This document shows, piece after piece, positions 18,891-27,408 of a DNA stretch of 46,978 bases. Made by a program: the position numbers and the translations under genes. Each line of letters opens with the position of its first letter. The stretch's first letter is position 1. The notes beneath the pieces are model-generated. The model was not told where the DNA came from, did no database searches, and worked only from the letters and a program-made list of their open reading frames with translations. The stretch lies in the IMG/VR virus record IMGVR_UViG_3300045145_000042, positions 1-46,978 of that record, one strand, 5' to 3'. The stretch is from a virus (lineage: Duplodnaviria; Caudoviricetes).

Positions 18891-19706
18891 TTAAAATTTA
18901 TAGTTCACACCAACTCTTATTGTATGAAATGGCGTTTTTGATGTTACATTTACATCGGCAGCCTCACTCGAGAGCGTGAATTTTGTTTTCCCTAAATCAG
19001 TATAGAGATACTCGCTTTTCAATGTCCAATGGTCTGTGAAGGCATACTCTGCACCAGCACCAACAGTATAGCCTACACGAGTTTTAGAGTTTGAGAACCC
19101 TACAGTCTCGCCTCCTCCGCTAATGGAGCCATAGGTTTTCACTTGACCATAAGCAACACCACCAGTCGCATATAGCATGAAGCGTTCAGTTGGCAGATAC
19201 CCCAAACGAACTCGGGTAGTTCCCAACCAACTTATCTTGCTCCCGGCTTCGAATCCAAACACATCATCAATACTACCGGAAATCTCGCCTTTTAAATTTG
19301 ATGCCTGTATGTCTGTTTCAATACCAATAACGGTTCTATCAAACTGCCAATTATAACCAGCCTGAATACCGCCGATGAATCCACTGGATGTTACGTCAAC
19401 AGAGGTATCAATGCTTGAAGGGCTAGGAGGAGCCATTGCAAAAATTAAAGGTTCGGGCTCCACAGGATCCGGTTCAAGCTCTGGCTCTGTGGGGTTAACC
19501 GGCGGTACAGGCTCTGTAGGAACAACTGTTACTGGATGCTTGAATTTTCCTCCAGCATAACCCGCATTGATACCGATATAACCGCCAGTCCATGAGAACG
19601 TATCTGGGACGACAGGGGCAACCGGTTCACTTACAACAACAATGTCTGCAGCATACGCTGAAGAAGCCCAAGATATCCCTAAAAAGCAAATAAATAGTTT
19701 TTTCAT
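18891..19706 (-). CDS. Omp25/Omp31-family outer membrane beta-barrel protein with Pro/Glu-rich insertion
   Basis: Signal peptide AYAAD, FSWTGGYIGINAGYAGG, GGIQAGYNWQ, EYLYTDLG, terminal VGVNYKF. Confidence 0.9.
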   Translation of the reverse strand: MKKLFICFLGISWASSAYAADIVVVSEPVAPVVPDTFSWTGGYIGINAGYAGGKFKHPVTVVPTEPVPPVNPTEPELEPDPVEPEPLIFAMAPPSPSSIDTSVDVTSSGFIGGIQAGYNWQFDRTVIGIETDIQASNLKGEISGSIDDVFGFEAGSKISWLGTTRVRLGYLPTERFMLYATGGVAYGQVKTYGSISGGGETVGFSNSKTRVGYTVGAGAEYAFTDHWTLKSEYLYTDLGKTKFTLSSEAADVNVTSKTPFHTIRVGVNYKF

Positions 19707-20070
19707 TTTATCACCTTTGAATGTGCCAGCCATTCAAAGATTCAATTTTAAAAACTACAAACAACAACCATTTTGTCGCAGCAATAATATTAAAATAAAC
19801 ATAATTTAGAAATTAACCATAATATATTTATATCATATAATTACAAGCATATTTATATTTGAATACAACACATTTTATAAATTAGACAAATATAAAACAA
19901 AAACTATACTAAAAAAATCACAATAAATAAATGACGAATCACTCTTCATTAACCACTTCAACCGAGCTGTAATTTCACTTCAATTAAGAACAAATTATAC
20001 AACAAGAACACCCCCTCAAAAATGTATCGACAGCATAAAAACCGGTCATATTTTTCATCCACGAGACAAT

Positions 20071-20097
20071 AAAAACCCCGCCGTAGCGGGGCTTCTT
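20071..20097 (-). terminator. Intrinsic terminator
   Basis: AAAAACCCCGC-cgta-GCGGGG. Confidence 0.7.
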
Positions 20098-20116
20098 ACA
20101 AGCGTTTGATGATCAT

Positions 20117-20380
20117 TTACGATCTGATTAGCCTGCCACCCCAAATGAGTATGCATGCACCTACAAAACCAGCTACAAGATAGCCAAGCCAACCACCGAA
20201 TGAAACTCCAACGAGACCAAACAGAAAGCTGGCAATCGAAGCGCCAATTATTCCCAATATGATGTTGAGAAAAATACCTGTATCGCTTTTCATAAAGTTT
20301 GAAGCGATCCAACCAGCCAAGCCGCCGATAATAATTGCAGCAATCCAACCAATTCCTGCGTCGTCCATATAACCCTCCAT
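20117..20380 (-). CDS. GlsB/YeaQ/YmgE (transglycosylase-associated) stress membrane protein
   Basis: GWIAAIIIGGLAGWIAS...NIILGIIGA...FVGACILI. Confidence 0.9.
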   Translation of the reverse strand: MEGYMDDAGIGWIAAIIIGGLAGWIASNFMKSDTGIFLNIILGIIGASIASFLFGLVGVSFGGWLGYLVAGFVGACILIWGGRLIRS

Positions 20381-20632
20381 TCTATTAGGTGATATCTAAC
20401 GAATTAGGACGATAAGTTTTTTCATCAAGAGTGAGGTTTAGTCATGGATATATTATATATTCTTGTCGCCTTTTTTGGGCTGCTTCGCATTGTAACGGGA
20501 TGCCCTAGTTGATTGGTTTAGCCAACGTATAACAAAAGCAGTCTTTTAACGCATCTCTTATTGAAATAACGATATCCGGTTCCACCTCATGACGGAACAA
20601 CAACCGATGCATTATTAATAAGTTTTCGCACA

Positions 20633-20653
20633 CTTATGAAGTCTATGCATAAG
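20633..20653. promoter_or_regulatory. LysR-type T-N11-A dyad upstream of GNAT gene
   Basis: CTTATG-aagtctatg-CATAAG. Confidence 0.4.
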
Positions 20654-20739
20654 CACATGCAATCAAAGATATTGGCTCAGCATAGCAATAGTGTCATTGT
20701 TTCATTTGATATCACTCGGAAACCGAAGGTACTAAAATA

Positions 20740-21150
20740 ATGATGACTGTACGCAGATTAACCCCTGCTGAGTGGCCGCATGCTTTCCCTATTATCGCTC
20801 AACTCCGTTCTCTTGATGAAGCTGAGTTTCTGACCAGAGTAAAACGTCAGTCTTATTCCGGGTATGAACTGGTCGGCGCATTTAAAGACAGTGTACTCAT
20901 CGGAGTAATCGGAATGAGACCGGTTCATACGCTTACCAGAGGCTCACATCTGCATATCGATGATCTTGTTGTTGATACCCAACTGCGAGGAACCGGCGCA
21001 GGGCGCTTGCTTCTGGAATATGCGGAGAAAGACGCGAAGGCACGTGATATGACAGCCATGTTTCTGGATGCCAGAAAAGAAGCCATACCATTCTATGAAG
21101 CACAAAACTTCGTTTATCACACAGCACCTTCTATGAAGAAGCCGATCTAA
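20740..21150 (+). CDS. GNAT acetyltransferase
   Basis: HIDDLVVD..LRGTGAG acetyl-CoA motif A, AIPFYE. Confidence 0.9.
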   Translation: MMTVRRLTPAEWPHAFPIIAQLRSLDEAEFLTRVKRQSYSGYELVGAFKDSVLIGVIGMRPVHTLTRGSHLHIDDLVVDTQLRGTGAGRLLLEYAEKDAKARDMTAMFLDARKEAIPFYEAQNFVYHTAPSMKKPI

Positions 21151-21163
21151 AAAGAGGCAGCCG

Positions 21164-21787
21164 TTAAGCTGCCTCTCTCATTTCCGGTCTATGGCTTGGT
21201 TTTGCGCCTTCATCCATCCAGTGCATGACTGTTGCCATCTTACCCAAATCTATACCCGATTTTGGCAGCATTGGCGACACCCTTGACCAGTCAGGGCATT
21301 GTAAGGATTGATCTTTTTTCCAGATGATCGCCGTTATATCAATAATCTGAGCATCTAATCGCCGCTCTGCTGTCCGACGAACACGACCAGTTTTTTCACA
21401 GAATGAGCGGAAAGAGCCCATCTTTTTCGGTGCAGCCATGCACATTCCATACTGTGAGAGTATCAATCGGCGCTCATCATCCAGCACATATTCAGGCATC
21501 CAGCAGTATAAAACCTCCTCGGCGCGACTGATTGCTTTGCTGGTAGGCACATATCTGGTGCGGGTATCATTGCGACCATAACCAACAGAATGCCCACCGA
21601 TAGTTTCATCCTGATAGGTCGGCCAGAATGTCCGCATTGCTGACGGACGGATCATCCCCACATTCAAATGCAACATCGTGTCTGCGGCCTCAATGATCCG
21701 CGCACGAACCACAAATGAGAGCTCCATTATGAGCGCTGCGTTTTCGTTCAGCTGATCAAAGGTCAAGGCGGATTTCTGGTTCATCAA
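21164..21787 (-). CDS. Putative late-gene regulator/antiterminator (end of early operon)
   Basis: RIIEAADT...PTSKAISRAEEV pattern; occupies a Q-like position. Confidence 0.5.
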   Translation of the reverse strand: MMNQKSALTFDQLNENAALIMELSFVVRARIIEAADTMLHLNVGMIRPSAMRTFWPTYQDETIGGHSVGYGRNDTRTRYVPTSKAISRAEEVLYCWMPEYVLDDERRLILSQYGMCMAAPKKMGSFRSFCEKTGRVRRTAERRLDAQIIDITAIIWKKDQSLQCPDWSRVSPMLPKSGIDLGKMATVMHWMDEGAKPSHRPEMREAA

Positions 21788-22172
21788 GTATGACCTCCAA
21801 TTGCTTGTAAATTAAAGTTCTCAATGTCGGCCGCACCGGCCATGGTCGCCGCGCTACAGCTTCACCGCGCAAAACGCCAAGAGGAACCCTATCGAAGGCA
21901 TCAAGCGCGTCACCGGCTCGTTCTGCCCAATCTGGCCGCTGTATAAGCACATCAGAGATTGCCCCGATGGTTTCCGACCATAGCTCGTCTCGATTATTGT
22001 TGGTCTGCCGTATGCAGCGCAACACAAAGATCAGGTGTCCATCACCATAGCTGTTCCGGATTTCATGCATGGTGCCTCGGGCATGGCTCTGCGCGGCAGC
22101 ACGGCGGCGATAGATCGGCACCAGCTTAATACCCAGACCATCCAGAAGCGTATCAAGTTTTCCTTTTGCCAT
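21756..22172 (-). CDS. Phage hypothetical protein
   Basis: 138 aa, closely packed between DnaB and the putative regulator. Confidence 0.7.
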   Translation of the reverse strand: MAKGKLDTLLDGLGIKLVPIYRRRAAAQSHARGTMHEIRNSYGDGHLIFVLRCIRQTNNNRDELWSETIGAISDVLIQRPDWAERAGDALDAFDRVPLGVLRGEAVARRPWPVRPTLRTLIYKQLEVILDEPEIRLDL

Positions 22173-22181
22173 TGCCCACCA

Positions 22182-23624
22182 TCAGAACATTGCATCGAAA
22201 GCAGCTTGTGCTGTTTCTTCCTGCGGTGAACGGAACACGGTATATTCCGCATCGAACAGGATTTCAGCATCCTGATTAGGCTCGCCACGGCGGCGCTTGT
22301 GATTGATCACCACAGCTTTGCCGCGACTAGCATCATACTTGCGGATCAACTCGTCTCGGCGCTCTTGGTGCATTTCCTGCGGGATCAGCTCTTTATAGAG
22401 CGGTTCCGGCCGATAAAGAGAAAACCACACATCAAGGTTTTGCTTCACACCACCGCCGCCATAAGCATCACCCATCATTGGACGAATGTTGCCTTTGGCT
22501 TTCCACCGGCCTTTCCATTCTTCATTACGCTGGATCAGGATAACGATTGCAACATCGAGCGACTTGGCCAGTGCTTTAAGCCCACGATACAGAGCATTCA
22601 CACGCTCGGCGAACAGCTCATTGGATTTGCCCGGAAGATTGATCATCTTGGCATGGTCTATAATAACCAGATCCAGACCGGCTGAGCGCTTCATCGCTTC
22701 CATCTTGATACGAATGTCAGACAGGGTACAGTCAGAGAACGCCACGATATCAAATGGCAGGTTCATGGATTTCAAAAGTTCAGCTTCAATGCTTCCCTGC
22801 TCTTTCGTATTCAGCGAATAAGAATCCAACCGGCCAAGACTGATCCGGCTTGCTTGTGCTGCTGCTTGTAACGCTGCTTCCTCATCCGTGATCTCAATGG
22901 AGAAGAATGCTGACTTAAAGCCGGCTGTTGCTGCATGCCGACACTGTTGCAGGCTAAAGCTGGTTTTGCCGCCACCACTATCCGACATGAAGCCGATTAG
23001 ATTCCCGCGGCGAATTTCACCGGCCACTTGCGTAATCTCTGGCAGGAACCACGGGATAAGCGTAATCTGCTCAAGACTGGCCTTTGCCACCCGTTCAATC
23101 GCCTTTGGCAACAACACACCGTATTTCATGGAACCGGCACGTTCATCGCCTTCACGGGAGATTTCAGTCAAGCGGTCTGCGGCACTTGCAATGAGTTTTG
23201 CGGGATTGGCATCAATCGGCATGGATACCGTCTGATCAATCAGAGACTGTGCCAGCATATAAATCTGGCGACGTGACCAGACTTCCAGAATACCCCGTCC
23301 CCAATCATAGACACTCATATTGCCAACAGCTTCACTCGAGAGCCGGATAAGGTACTGATACAGGTTCAGCTCATCGCTGATTTTCAATTCCGCATTGATA
23401 TAAGGCTTGAGCGTCACAGGATTAGCAGTGCGCCCCTCGCTAATCATCTTTGCTGCTTTGGTATAAACATCAGCATGATGCTCATTTGAGAAATGCTCAG
23501 GCTTCAAAAAACCGGCAACGCGCCAATAAGATGCATTATCCAGAAAGATACTACCAAGCAGATATTGCTCGTGCTCAATCGCATCAGGCAGCTTTGGCTC
23601 TATATTTGACTGGTGATAAGTCAT
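22182..23624 (-). CDS. DnaB-like replicative helicase
   Basis: N-terminal EQYLLGSI...FLKPEHF domain, Walker A SGGGKTS, FSIE, VIIDH, LKALAK. Confidence 0.88.
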   Translation of the reverse strand: MTYHQSNIEPKLPDAIEHEQYLLGSIFLDNASYWRVAGFLKPEHFSNEHHADVYTKAAKMISEGRTANPVTLKPYINAELKISDELNLYQYLIRLSSEAVGNMSVYDWGRGILEVWSRRQIYMLAQSLIDQTVSMPIDANPAKLIASAADRLTEISREGDERAGSMKYGVLLPKAIERVAKASLEQITLIPWFLPEITQVAGEIRRGNLIGFMSDSGGGKTSFSLQQCRHAATAGFKSAFFSIEITDEEAALQAAAQASRISLGRLDSYSLNTKEQGSIEAELLKSMNLPFDIVAFSDCTLSDIRIKMEAMKRSAGLDLVIIDHAKMINLPGKSNELFAERVNALYRGLKALAKSLDVAIVILIQRNEEWKGRWKAKGNIRPMMGDAYGGGGVKQNLDVWFSLYRPEPLYKELIPQEMHQERRDELIRKYDASRGKAVVINHKRRRGEPNQDAEILFDAEYTVFRSPQEETAQAAFDAMF

Positions 23625-23701
23625 GCTGCAGCCCTTTCATAAAAAGGTACTTGATAATATTCAGCATTTCGTTTGAGTGACCTTAAACGGGGAGCAGAAT
23701 C

Positions 23702-24502
23702 ATGTCTTGGAATTTTGAACGTGGTCGAATTTATAACCGGCGCGAGGATATTCACGCTCGGTTTAAAGGGCAGCAACAAGGTGGAATTATCACCCCAGCA
23801 GATCATGCTCTCGTTATAATTGTTACGGGTGAATCCGGTGAGGAGCATGGGTATTCTGACCGTTGGCGTGCAGACGGTGTCTTTGAATACTTTGGTGAGG
23901 GCCAAGTTGGCGATATGCAGATGCATAAAGGCAACGCTGCAATAGCTAATCATTCCATGAATGGTAAAAGTTTGCTTCTTTTCACAAAAACGAAGCACGG
24001 GCTGCGCTTTGAAGATGAGCTCATCTATGAATCTCATCATATTGAAGATGCACCAGATCGAGAAAAAAACATCCGCAAAGCAATAGTTTTTGAACTCCGT
24101 CCTATTGGCAATGTTCTTGAAGTTGTTGATCATGAAGATGTGCTGATAAGCGATCTCGACAAGCTGAGAGAAAAAGCATTCGCCTCGGCTAACTTTACCC
24201 CTGGTAAAAAAAGCGTAAGCACCACTGTTTTCGAGCGCAGTCGTGACGTTCGTGATTACGTTGTTGCGCGCGCAAAAGGTCATTGTGAGGGATGTACAGA
24301 ACCGGCGCCATTCAAACGAGCCAACGGTGTACCATACCTGGAGCCACATCATATCCGTAGATTGACCGATGGTGGACCGGACGACCCAAGACATGTCATT
24401 GCACTCTGTCCGAACTGCCATCGTCGAGTACATTCTGGAGCGGACGGAACCGCATATAATCTCACGCTCGCTAACAAGATGCCGACGATTGAGATCAAGT
24501 AA
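23702..24502 (+). CDS. SRA-HNH modification-dependent (type IV, McrA/TagI-like) restriction endonuclease
   Basis: N-terminal IH...QQGGI...GYSDRW...YFGEGQVGDM...GNAAI SRA-like domain; C-terminal CEGC...EPHH...CPNCHRRVH HNH. Confidence 0.8.
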   Translation: MSWNFERGRIYNRREDIHARFKGQQQGGIITPADHALVIIVTGESGEEHGYSDRWRADGVFEYFGEGQVGDMQMHKGNAAIANHSMNGKSLLLFTKTKHGLRFEDELIYESHHIEDAPDREKNIRKAIVFELRPIGNVLEVVDHEDVLISDLDKLREKAFASANFTPGKKSVSTTVFERSRDVRDYVVARAKGHCEGCTEPAPFKRANGVPYLEPHHIRRLTDGGPDDPRHVIALCPNCHRRVHSGADGTAYNLTLANKMPTIEIK

Positions 24503-25162
24503 ATGAATAAAAAAAACCTTATCTGTTTCGGTCAGTGTGTTACCGCTGGAATAGTTGCTGCGTTCATCACACACATTCTTATTCAGTATTTTGGTGGATA
24601 TATCGAAGCCTGCCAAATGAATGAAAAAGAAACTCATTGCCTGCGAGAATGGGTGAGTGCGCTTAGTGGTTGGGTAGCAGCTGCCGGAGCGCTCATAGCT
24701 GCTCTGCTCACAATTCCTCACCTGATGAAGCAAGCTCATGAAGCAAATAGACAAACAGATTTTATTATTGGCAATACACCACCAATTATGGAGGTTATTG
24801 ACAGGAATGGGCCAGGTGAAATTTGGGTGAAAATTATTAACTGGAATAGGAATACATTTTACATCGATGAAATAATTACTCCACCGCAATTTAATACAAA
24901 AATTGAAAAACTCAAATTTGAGCCAAACAACATCGTAGTTACTATGGGTGAAGGCATTAAGTTGCCAATTCGAATATCTGGCTATGAAGATAGGAGCAAG
25001 GCTCCAAGTATAGTGAATATTTACATAAAAGCAGACGGGGGCGTCGACACACAGAGAAAAAAAACATCTATTACAATAACAATCAAAGGTAGAATTCTCA
25101 ATACAAAACACGAGTTGATTACTCTTGAAGCGGATACCACCTTTGAAGCTTTTACCCCATAG
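24503..25162 (+). CDS. Hypothetical membrane protein (2 N-terminal TM segments plus beta-rich domain)
   Basis: ATG directly follows the HNH stop; two hydrophobic segments; AT-rich. Confidence 0.7.
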   Translation: MNKKNLICFGQCVTAGIVAAFITHILIQYFGGYIEACQMNEKETHCLREWVSALSGWVAAAGALIAALLTIPHLMKQAHEANRQTDFIIGNTPPIMEVIDRNGPGEIWVKIINWNRNTFYIDEIITPPQFNTKIEKLKFEPNNIVVTMGEGIKLPIRISGYEDRSKAPSIVNIYIKADGGVDTQRKKTSITITIKGRILNTKHELITLEADTTFEAFTP

Positions 25163-25176
25163 AAGCGATACCTTTA

Positions 25177-25746
25177 TCATGCCGCCGCCCTCACGCTAAG
25201 CATCTTAAATGCCTGAGTGTTTGAGGCTGCAAAGGCAATGCCTACTGCATCGGCCATATCATCATTGGTGACTTTGATTTTGAGCTGGTTGCAGCGGTCA
25301 CGAGCAGCTTTCTTCCAGTCTTTGCGCTGCCAGCCTTTGTGCGTTCCAAAGCCGAGAAACGCCTTACGCCATGTCACCGGTGCGATGGTGATAAATGGGA
25401 TGCCATACGCGCCAATAATGGCCGAAGCCGCGCCCACGAGCTGATTTGAAGAGATAACAGCATTCAGGCCAGAGCCAGCGCCTTCAACCTCTTGCTCCTC
25501 GCCCATGAATTTCACGGTACGCTTGCCAACCGGCTGTGCACGGATCGGCTGTTCCAGCGCAATGAAGTCTGGTTTGTTCTGTTTAATCAGACGCACCAAT
25601 GATTGACCGAGGAAAGCAGCCTTATTCTCATAGCTTTCACCGGTACACTTAATTGTACCGGCAGAGATTGCAGCCAGAGAGGCCTTATCATCGTAAAAGG
25701 CAAAACCAGTCTGTGTTGCCACATCAAGCCCAAGAATAAGCGCCAT
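25177..25746 (-). CDS. RuvC-like Holliday junction resolvase
   Basis: ILGLDVATQTG, IALEQP, TWRK and DMADAVG RNase H-fold motifs. Confidence 0.8.
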   Translation of the reverse strand: MALILGLDVATQTGFAFYDDKASLAAISAGTIKCTGESYENKAAFLGQSLVRLIKQNKPDFIALEQPIRAQPVGKRTVKFMGEEQEVEGAGSGLNAVISSNQLVGAASAIIGAYGIPFITIAPVTWRKAFLGFGTHKGWQRKDWKKAARDRCNQLKIKVTNDDMADAVGIAFAASNTQAFKMLSVRAAA

Positions 25747-25750
25747 TTCT

Positions 25751-25858
25751 TCAACCCCAGATCAACAAATACAATGGTGTGGCGATCAGAACGGCGGCCA
25801 CGAAATAACAGGCCGCCGCGAACATGATCAGTTCAGCAACAGAAGGCTGCTCGTTCAC
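25751..25858 (-). CDS. 35-aa single-TM small protein (absent from ORF track)
   Basis: GTG overlaps the upstream stop after GGAGG; VNEQPSVAELIMFAAACYFVAAVLIATPLYLLIWG. Confidence 0.55.
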   Translation of the reverse strand: MNEQPSVAELIMFAAACYFVAAVLIATPLYLLIWG

Positions 25859-26385
25859 GCTGCCTCCTGATCCGGAAAGTCCGGATCAGCATCTTCGTCA
25901 GATTCCGAATTGATTTTTTCCATGGCCGATTGAAGATTATCGCGCATGATTGCCTGTCCACGATCCCAGCCCCGCAACCACACCATATCTTCATTAGAAC
26001 CGGCGTCGTGCGGGCTTTTCGGATCTCTGCCAGCCAGTCCAGCCAGTTCGCCCTCACCTTCAATGCGCTCAATTGCTGGCGCACGGTCACGCAACAGATC
26101 AGTTTGAAAGCCCGGAACAAGATTAAGCCAAGTCAGCACTGTGCCGTGAGCAAGATAGCGATCAGTAACCGTTGCCTTATCATCGGCATTCAGTGCTTTG
26201 ATTGCAAAATCCAGATCACCAAGCACAACGCCATCTGCCTGTGCTGTTTTACCGTCTGCTTTCTTGGCCGATGCTATTTCAGCGGCAGCTGCGTTATGTG
26301 CCATGCGCTTGCGCATATGATGAAAGAACAGAGCCTTTTCTTCATTCTCAGTCAGATCAGAATTATGTCCTGCTTTTGCTGTCAT
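25855..26385 (-). CDS. Phage protein with C-terminal Rmf/CrpP-like motif
   Basis: EGELAGLAG...PH...WLRGWDRG. Confidence 0.55.
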   Translation of the reverse strand: MTAKAGHNSDLTENEEKALFFHHMRKRMAHNAAAAEIASAKKADGKTAQADGVVLGDLDFAIKALNADDKATVTDRYLAHGTVLTWLNLVPGFQTDLLRDRAPAIERIEGEGELAGLAGRDPKSPHDAGSNEDMVWLRGWDRGQAIMRDNLQSAMEKINSESDEDADPDFPDQEAA

Positions 26386-26768
26386 TTTTTCGCATCCTTT
26401 TTTGTTTGAAAGAGCGCAGCCAAAGTTTCAGCCTCGCTCTCAATATCCTCCAGAGAAACATGCGGATTAATCGCTTTCTCGACTGCGATTTCATGCTGCA
26501 GCCGTCTCAGTTGTTCTTCACAAACATCGACATACGCCGCCCTGATACGAGCAAAGAGACCGGCATCAACCGTCTTCGCTCTGCCTATTCGGATGTTGTT
26601 CAGCGACCAGAAAGAAATCCCGTAACGACTACCAATGCGCCGCACTGCGTTCTCTTGATCGCCCCAACCTCTCGTTTCTTTTGCAACTATCTTCCGGACG
26701 TACCGGTTCGCTAAATCGGCGCTACACATAACTTCATGCACCTTCTGCTTACTTTCTTTGCACCACAT
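26382..26768 (-). CDS. cII-position regulator-like hypothetical protein
   Basis: HTH-like AVRRIGSRYGISFWSLNNIRIGR; downstream of cro. Confidence 0.5.
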   Translation of the reverse strand: MWCKESKQKVHEVMCSADLANRYVRKIVAKETRGWGDQENAVRRIGSRYGISFWSLNNIRIGRAKTVDAGLFARIRAAYVDVCEEQLRRLQHEIAVEKAINPHVSLEDIESEAETLAALFQTKKDAKK

Positions 26769-26842
26769 GCACGAATTCCCTTGCTACGTTGATTTCGGGA
26801 AACGCCGGTTTGTCCGGAGGTGTCAGAAAGGAACCGAATGAA

Positions 26843-27028
26843 ATGAAAGCACCGGGGAAACGCTTGAGAAACAAATTGCCGGTGCAACTCGAACTACCGC
26901 TTTCAGGTGACACTACGCTCCTGAACTGCGGGATTTACTGGTGGGAAAAAGGTGACGGTAATCGCCTGAAACCCGCCAATTCAAATGACCCGTTCACACT
27001 GGATGATAATTTTTCAGACCAGAATTGA
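26843..27028 (+). CDS. Small antisense protein (61 aa)
   Basis: AGGA upstream; followed by a strong terminator; QLELPL and PANSN motifs. Confidence 0.4.
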   Translation: MKAPGKRLRNKLPVQLELPLSGDTTLLNCGIYWWEKGDGNRLKPANSNDPFTLDDNFSDQN

Positions 27029-27043
27029 GGCGGGTAATCTATG

Positions 27044-27083
27044 GGGCTGGCGCGATGGGGGGAGTTATCGCGCCAGCCCTTTT
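27044..27083 (+). terminator. Strong 13-bp hairpin with T-run
   Basis: GGGCTGGCGCGAT...ATCGCGCCAGCCC-TTTT. Confidence 0.65.
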
Positions 27084-27128
27084 CCATGTCAGTTAAGCGG
27101 GGGAAGCAAATTAGACATGGAAACTGTG

Positions 27129-27326
27129 TTAAGCGGCTGCACAACCAAATATATCCGGCCGAAGATCATGACGGCTAACACCCGTAATTTTCTCGACTTC
27201 AATGGTTCTATCAGCGGGAACGCGCTTCCATTGCGAAACGGCCTGCGGAGTTATCCCACCAAGAGCCTTCGCTAATGCCGTTGAGCCGCCAGCCTTTTGT
27301 TTCGCAAATTCACAAATCTGTTCCAT
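27129..27326 (-). CDS. cro: Cro / YdaS-like repressor
   Basis: ALAKALGGITPQAVSQW...IEVEKITGVSRHDLRPDIFG. Confidence 0.88.
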   Translation of the reverse strand: MEQICEFAKQKAGGSTALAKALGGITPQAVSQWKRVPADRTIEVEKITGVSRHDLRPDIFGCAAA

Positions 27327-27333
27327 ACACATA

Positions 27334-27391
27334 TGAAAGCATTTCTTTCATATGATTGCAAGCACTTCTTTCGATGAAAGTTATTCTTTCG
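27334..27391. promoter_or_regulatory. OR: three 17-bp operators TG(A/C)AAG-N5-CTTTC(A/G)
   Basis: Sites at 27334-27350, 27357-27373 and 27375-27391 between divergent cro and cI. Confidence 0.8.
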
Positions 27392-27408
27392 AAAGGCATA
27401 GTCTCCAG

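Larger units (their letters stand above)
23621..25180 (-). other. 519-codon antisense bridging ORF spanning the inserted cassette
   Basis: ATGA overlap with RuvC stop (25177-25180) and with DnaB start (23621-23624); in register with both plus-strand genes. Confidence 0.6.

Noticed and set aside
20398-20425. Third EcfG promoter upstream of the GlsB/YeaQ gene
   Set aside because: CGTT is present but the -35 position reads AAAAA/AAAAC rather than GGAAC; at best degenerate
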